From an uncultured Chloroflexia bacterium (GTDB lineage: Bacteria; Chloroflexota; Dormibacteria; Aeolococcales; Aeolococcaceae), in assembly GCA_963841385.1 (NCBI GenBank), contig CAWJCO010000004.1:129714-193713 (forward strand): 64,000 nucleotides of DNA, read 5' to 3'. Shown here piece by piece: positions 58,832-64,000 of the stretch (within the stretch, counting starts at the first letter, position 1; each line of letters opens with the position of its first letter). Position numbers and translations under genes: made by a program. Below the pieces are notes generated by a model. That model was not told where the DNA came from, ran no database searches, and was given only the letters and a program-made list of their open reading frames with translations.

Positions 58832-61800
58832 CGGACGAACCGCTCCCGCATCTCCCCCTCCAGGCGGGCGGCGAGCCGCATGCGCTGCTCCTCCGCCAGT
58901 GACCGGGAGAGTGGCGAGGCCAGCCCGGCGGCGAGCTCCGCCAGCACCCACCACGCCTCCATCCCGGCGACCAGCGCCAGCCCGTCGCTCAGCCGGCGCA
59001 GCCGCGACTCGTCGCAGCCCTGGCCGTCCATCGCCGCCTGAGCCCGAAGCTGCAGCGCCTCCCCCAGCCACCGGTAGCGCGGCGCCCGGTACAGCTCCGA
59101 TCCGCGGATCAGCTCGTCGGCGCTCCGCAGCGCCGCCTCCGCCCGGCCCTCGAGCAGCTCCAGCCGCCCCTCGATCAGATGAATGCGGAGCCGGTGGCGC
59201 CAGTCGTACGCATACGGGATCCGCATGAGGTCCCCGGCCTCGCCTAGCCATCGCCGCGCTGCCCCGACGTCGCCCTCGCGGGCCGCCGCCTCAGCGAGGT
59301 CGAGGACCGCGTACACCTCGCACTCCCGGTACCCGGAGGCGCTGGCTCCCGCCTGGGCCACCCGGTTGCCCTCATCCGCCTCTTCAGGCGCCTCACAGTT
59401 GCGGTGCACCCAGGCGCGCAGGTTGGCGGCGAGCGACGTGTAGCGGATCAGCCCGCGCCGGCCCGCCTCGTCGGCCGCGCGGCCGAGGACGCGCAGCGCA
59501 TCCCCGGCGCGGCCGGTGGTCGCCAGGGCGTAACCGAGGGCGAGATGAGCGTGGACCGGGGTGTAGATGGTCGAGAGGGCCTCGGCCGAGGCATCCGGGC
59601 TCGACTCGATGGCCCGGATGGCGGCGAGCGGGTCCCCAACGTGCACCTTCAGGAAGCCGTAGACGGGAGCCGGCCGGCGGAGGCCGCGACGCCGGCACAC
59701 CTCCATGGCCGCCTCCAGGCTCTCCTCCGCCGCCTCCACCTCGCCGGCGGCGTGGAGGGCGCGGCCCCTGATGACCAGCCCCTGGGCGCGCTGGCGGGGG
59801 TCTCGGGCCCCCTCGCTCACGGCCTCACCGAAGGCTCGAGCGCTCGAGAAGTCACGGCAGTAGTAGGCGATGGCGCCCGCGACCTCCCACGCCTGGAGAT
59901 CGATCCCCCGGTGGGCCGCCTCCTCGGAGTCGGAACGGGCCTCCTCGTAGCGCGCCTGCCGGAGGTGAATGATGGCCCGCTGGGTGCGGGCTGCCGGGGT
60001 GTCGTCCGCGGCGATGGCCTGATCGCTCAAGGCGAGTGCCGTCCCGTAGTCGAAGCGGTCGGCGGCGAGCCGGCTGGCGGCGGTGAGAGCCGCCGACTCC
60101 AGCGCCCTCGCACCGCTCAGCCGGGCGTGATGGGCGATCGCCATCGGGTCGGCCCCCTGGCGGGCGGCCAGGGCGCGGACGGCCCCGCGGTGCAACAGCG
60201 CCCGCCGCGTCGACGTGGTCGCGGCATCCAGGGCTTCCCGAACGATGGCGTGCAGGAACGCGTAGCTGCCACCGCGCTCCTCGAGTAGGCCGAGGCGAAC
60301 ACCCTGGTCGAGATGGTCGAGGAGCTGGATGGGGTCCGCCCGGAGGACGGCGGCGAGCAGGTCGACGTCCACCTCCATCCCCAGCACCGCGGCGCTGTGG
60401 AGGATGCTGGTCGCCTCTGGGGCCTCGGCGCAGCGCGCCAGCACGGCGCTCTGCACCGTCTCGGGCCGGAGATCGCCAGCCTCGCTGCCGGCCAGGAGAG
60501 TGAGGAACAGCGGGTTGCCACCACTGCGACGGTGCAGATCCTCGGCGCGGCCGGCGCCGGCGATGAGGGCCGCGTCGGCGAGGGAGAGCGGACCGAGCCG
60601 GATCGCGGCCCTGCACGGGCTGATCGCGGCGCTCTCACCGGCACGCTGGGCGACCAGGACGAGCAGGGGCAGCGGCCCGGCCGTCACCAGGTCGGTGAGC
60701 CAGGCGCGGGTCAGGCTGTCGGCACGATGGATGTCATCGACGAAGACCACCCCGGGGCGGGCGAAGACGCGCCCGACCACCCTGCGGAGAGCGGCGCAGA
60801 GCATCGCCACGCCCGCCGGCGAGGACACCACATCCAGGGACCAGTCGGGCTCGGTCAGCGGACTGGCAGTTGGGGGATCGAGGAGCGGGGTCAGGAGCTG
60901 CCGATCGCCGCCCAGGAGCCCCGAGCTGGCCTGGGGTCCGCCACGTCCCAGCGCCGATCGGACCAGCCCCAGCACCGGCTGCAGCGGAAGCGCGCGCGTG
61001 ACCTGCTCGCATCTCGTGCTCAGCACGGGTGTCGCCCGGTCGAGCCGCGCCAGCCAGGCGGTGACGAGCGCTGTCTTGCCGACCCCGGGATCCCCGGTGA
61101 TGACTGCCACCACCGGTCCGCTGCTCGCCCCTCGGCGAAGAGGCCGTCGAGCGCGAGCAGCTCGTCGTCCCGGCCCACCAGGGCACGGTCGTCGGGCTTC
61201 TCCGGCGGCCGGCCGATGGCGATGCCGGGAACCGGAAGGCCCTTGAGGACAGCGCGGTGGGCGGCATCCGTCTCCGGGGAGGGCGAGGCACCCAGCTCCT
61301 CGGCAAGCCGCAGGCGCACTCGCTCGTGGAGCGCCAGCGCCGAGGACGCCCGTCCTGACGCTGAGAGCCCGGCCATGGCCAGACGGAGGGCCTCTTCGTC
61401 GTAGGGCTCGATGCCGAGCAGCGCGTGAGCCGCCTCCACTCCCGTGGCCAGGTCACCGGCTGCCAGAGCGGCTTCGGCTACCAGCCTCTGGACCCGCGCC
61501 TGGACACGCTCCATCGCTGCTCGCTCATCGACGGACTGGGCGGGCGCATCCAGCGGGTGCGGGGGCAGGAGCGATCGCGCCGCAACCGCTGCGTTGAGGG
61601 CGGTCGACGCACTTCCCGCCCTCAGTCTCTGACGGGCCCCGTCAGCGAGCTCCTCGAGCGACCTGATGTCCAGCCAGTCGCAGTGGAGGCTGTAGCCGCC
61701 ATCGCCGTACTGGATCCGGTCCGATCCGAGAACCCCGCGCAGCCGGCTCATGAGCACCGCCACCTGGGCTGCGGGGTCGCGCGGCGGGTGGTCCGACCAC

Positions 61801-62039
61801 AGCTCGTCGACCAGCCGGTCCACCGGGACGGGGGAGCCGCTCGCGACCGCCAGCATGCGGAGCGCGATCCGAGCCTTGCGGCTGCCCAGGGCCAGCTCGG
61901 GGATGCCCTCGACGGCGAGCCCGCCGAGAACGTGGACACGAAGCGAGGACGGAGCCTCCCCGCTTCCCGTACCCGCCCGGGCCGGCCACCCGGCGTGGAC
62001 TGCCGCCGCCCGACTCCCCGATCCCACCTGCCCAAGCAT
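58780..62039 (-). pseudogene. AfsR-like SARP-family regulator (N-terminal wHTH+BTAD, NB-ARC ATPase, TPR), split by a 1-nt frameshift near 61100
   Basis: ORF 61020..62039 carries the SARP part ('LRVHVLGGLAV…KARIALRMLAV' and 'EEALRLAMAGL'). ORF 58780..61113 begins 'VVAVITGDPGVGKTALV' (P-loop) and has a TPR tail. The two frames join as 'LFAEGRAA|GPVVAVITG' if one G is added in 'gcagcGGaccgg'. Confidence 0.65.
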
Positions 62040-62080
62040 AGGGCGGAGTGGTCACGGCGGCGCGAGCGGCGGCGTCTCGC

Positions 62081-62461
62081 TCAGGTGGCTGCGTAGTTGC
62101 TGGCGCCCTGCCAGTCGATGACGACCACGGGCTCGTCGCCGACGACCCACGCGTCGTGCCCCGCAGGCAGCGAGGTGATGTCACCGGGCTTGGCCTCGAA
62201 CTCGCTGCCGTCGGCCATGACAATGTGAAGGGTTCCCGCCACGTGGTACTGGAAGTGCGGAGCCTCGCAGAGCGCGGTGCCGGCAATCGGCTTCACGTGC
62301 TCCGACCAGCGCCACCCCGCTTGGAGCGTCAGCCGGCCGACGCTGCCGCCTCCGATCTCCACGATCTCCAGGCGGCCCCGTGGGAACTCCCGGGTCTCGT
62401 CCGGGGTTGCCAGCCTCTTGTGCTCAGCGGTCTGCGTCTTCTGGGTCGCTGACTGTTCCAT
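62081..62461 (-). CDS. Cupin-2 domain protein
   Basis: 'HVKPIAGTALCEAPHFQYHVAGTLHIVMADG' two-motif cupin. Confidence 0.65.
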   Translation of the reverse strand: MEQSATQKTQTAEHKRLATPDETREFPRGRLEIVEIGGGSVGRLTLQAGWRWSEHVKPIAGTALCEAPHFQYHVAGTLHIVMADGSEFEAKPGDITSLPAGHDAWVVGDEPVVVIDWQGASNYAAT

Positions 62462-62635
62462 GTCATGCCTCCCGTCCAGAGCTGGATGCCAGCCAACCGC
62501 GGCATCGTCCCGGATCTTCCCGGCGCCGGGTTGCAGAACGCTTGCAGCTCAACTGAGAGGAGACAGCACCCTCGAACGAAGTCGTCAGTGTGCCGGCCCG
62601 GCGAGTCTCGCGGCCGCCCCGGACCAGTCGCCGCC

Positions 62636-63787
62636 CTAGCCGCAGACCCTCTCCACCACCCTCAGCACATTCCCCCATGTGAGCTTGGCCAGCTCTGCAT
62701 CGGTCCAGCCGCGGCCGGCGAGCTCGGCAAGGAGCCGAGGGTATCCCGTCACGTCCTCCAGGCCCCGAGGCAGAGCGTCGGTGCCGTCGAAGTCCCCACC
62801 CAGCCCAACGTGGTCCACGCCGGCGACCTGGCGCACGTGCTCGACGTGGTCGGCGACCTCGGAGAGGGTCGCCGCCGGCTGTGGATGCTCCACCTCGAAG
62901 GCGGGGAGGAAGCGGGCCCGCTCGCTGAGGTCCTCGGGGTCCAGACCGCGGTTGACCATCGTCCGCTGGGCCATCTCGGTCCAGACCCGGCAGGACTCGG
63001 AGACGAAGGAGGGGACGAACGTCACCTGGCAGACCCCGCCATTGTCCTGGAGGCGGCGCAGCACGTCGTCGGGGACGTTCCGGGGATGGTCGACCAGCGC
63101 CCGGCTCGACGAGTGGGAGAAGAGCACCGGTCGTGAGCTCGCGTTCAGCGTCGCGTGCATCGTGGTCGCGGAGACGTGCGCGAGGTCGACGATCATGCCG
63201 ATGCGATTCATCTCGGCGACGACCTGCCGGCCGAACTCGCTCAGCCCCCCGGCTCTGGGCTCGTCGGTTGCGGAGTCCGCCCAGCCGGTGCTGTGCTGAT
63301 GGGTCAGGGTGAGGTAGCGGACACCCAGCCGGTGGAGGTCGCGCAGGACCGCCAGGGACGACGCGATGCAGTGGCCGCCCTCGGCGCCCAGCAGCGAGGC
63401 GATGCGGCCGCCGGCCACCGCTCGGCGGCAGTCCTCGGCGTTCGTGGCCAGCACCAGGCGGTCGGGATGGAGAGCGATCATCCGGTGGACCAGGTCCACC
63501 TGCTCGAGGGTCACCGCGAGGGCCTCAGCTTCGGGCAGCGTCGACGGCGCGTACACCGACCAGAACTGAGCGCCCACACCGCCCGCCTTCAGCCGCTCCA
63601 GGTCGGTGTGGGTCCGCCCGGCCAGCGAGGTGCCCGGGTCCAGGGCCCGGAGGTCACCTCCGGCCAGCCGCCGGATCTCCCAGGGCAGGTCGTTGTGGCC
63701 GTCGAAGACCGGTGCCTCGGCGAGCAGTGCCCGCGCCGCGGCGATCCTCTCGGCTGACTGCCTCTCGGACGCGCCTGGCTCGTGCAT
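62636..63787 (-). CDS. Membrane dipeptidase (peptidase family M19)
   Basis: 'PVFDGHNDLPWEIR', 'YLTLTHQHST', 'DLAHVS', 'LGGDFDG' zinc-ligand contexts. Confidence 0.85.
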   Translation of the reverse strand: MHEPGASERQSAERIAAARALLAEAPVFDGHNDLPWEIRRLAGGDLRALDPGTSLAGRTHTDLERLKAGGVGAQFWSVYAPSTLPEAEALAVTLEQVDLVHRMIALHPDRLVLATNAEDCRRAVAGGRIASLLGAEGGHCIASSLAVLRDLHRLGVRYLTLTHQHSTGWADSATDEPRAGGLSEFGRQVVAEMNRIGMIVDLAHVSATTMHATLNASSRPVLFSHSSSRALVDHPRNVPDDVLRRLQDNGGVCQVTFVPSFVSESCRVWTEMAQRTMVNRGLDPEDLSERARFLPAFEVEHPQPAATLSEVADHVEHVRQVAGVDHVGLGGDFDGTDALPRGLEDVTGYPRLLAELAGRGWTDAELAKLTWGNVLRVVERVCG

Positions 63788-63870
63788 GGACGGATGCTGC
63801 CACGCCGCCGCCTCTGCCGGCTTGGTCACCCGGGGGATCGGCAGGAGGTGCCCCGGTATACTGCTCAGCC

Positions 63871-64000
63871 GTGATCGAGTTGAGCGCCGTCAGCCTGTTC
63901 GCCGGCCTGCCGGACAAGGAGCTGGCGGCGATCGGACGCAGCCTGACCGAGATCCGCCAGCCAGCCGGCAGGCAGGTGGTGATGGCGGGGGCGACGGGCG
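63871..64000 (+). CDS. Cyclic-nucleotide-binding domain protein (partial, runs off the window end)
   Basis: 'LFAGLPDKELAAIGRSLTEIRQPAGRQVVMAG' resembles the start of a cNMP-binding/Crp fold. GTG start. Confidence 0.35.
   Translation, partial: MIELSAVSLFAGLPDKELAAIGRSLTEIRQPAGRQVVMAGATG

Overview
This is a very high-GC (roughly 70%+) bacterial chromosomal segment that is gene-dense on both strands. No tRNA or rRNA genes and no CRISPR array were recognised.

The core of the window is a housekeeping block that is highly Firmicutes-like in synteny, all on the minus strand: ftsK, a YajQ-family gene, cinA(C-terminal domain)–PRC-barrel–recA–recX, an MFS transporter, RNase Y (rny)–spoVS, and further along miaB–mutS–mutL, then two inserted genes, then miaA–lexA. 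RNase J and a family-4 uracil-DNA glycosylase are also present. An F420-type (deazaflavin) nitroreductase together with this synteny suggests a deep-branching Actinobacteria- or Chloroflexi-like organism. That taxonomic placement is inference from gene content only.

Positions 5.7–16.5 kb look accessory or degraded. They hold an LRV/HEAT-repeat protein, two paralogous GNAT genes flanking a vapBC module, a frameshifted orphan dppB-like permease, a mazEF-like module, an ArsR–GNAT pair and a XerC/D-type tyrosine recombinase.

Features most worth a second look:
- a secreted protein made of about 7.5 tandem ~50-aa repeats that looks like a velcro-closed β-propeller with a Cys pair in every blade (50024–51187);
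- two STAND-type regulators carrying SARP domains, one with the SARP domain at the C-terminus (inserted between mutL and miaA) and one AfsR-like that is split by a frameshift;
- putative Cheo-type SOS boxes upstream of lexA and recA;
- four apparent single-nucleotide frameshifts, in dppB, two SAM methyltransferases and the AfsR-like gene. These could be sequencing indels or genuine pseudogenes.

No BLAST, HMM or fold search could be run. All product calls rest on recognisable motifs in the translated ORF track. Start coordinates that I derived myself may be off by a codon or two.
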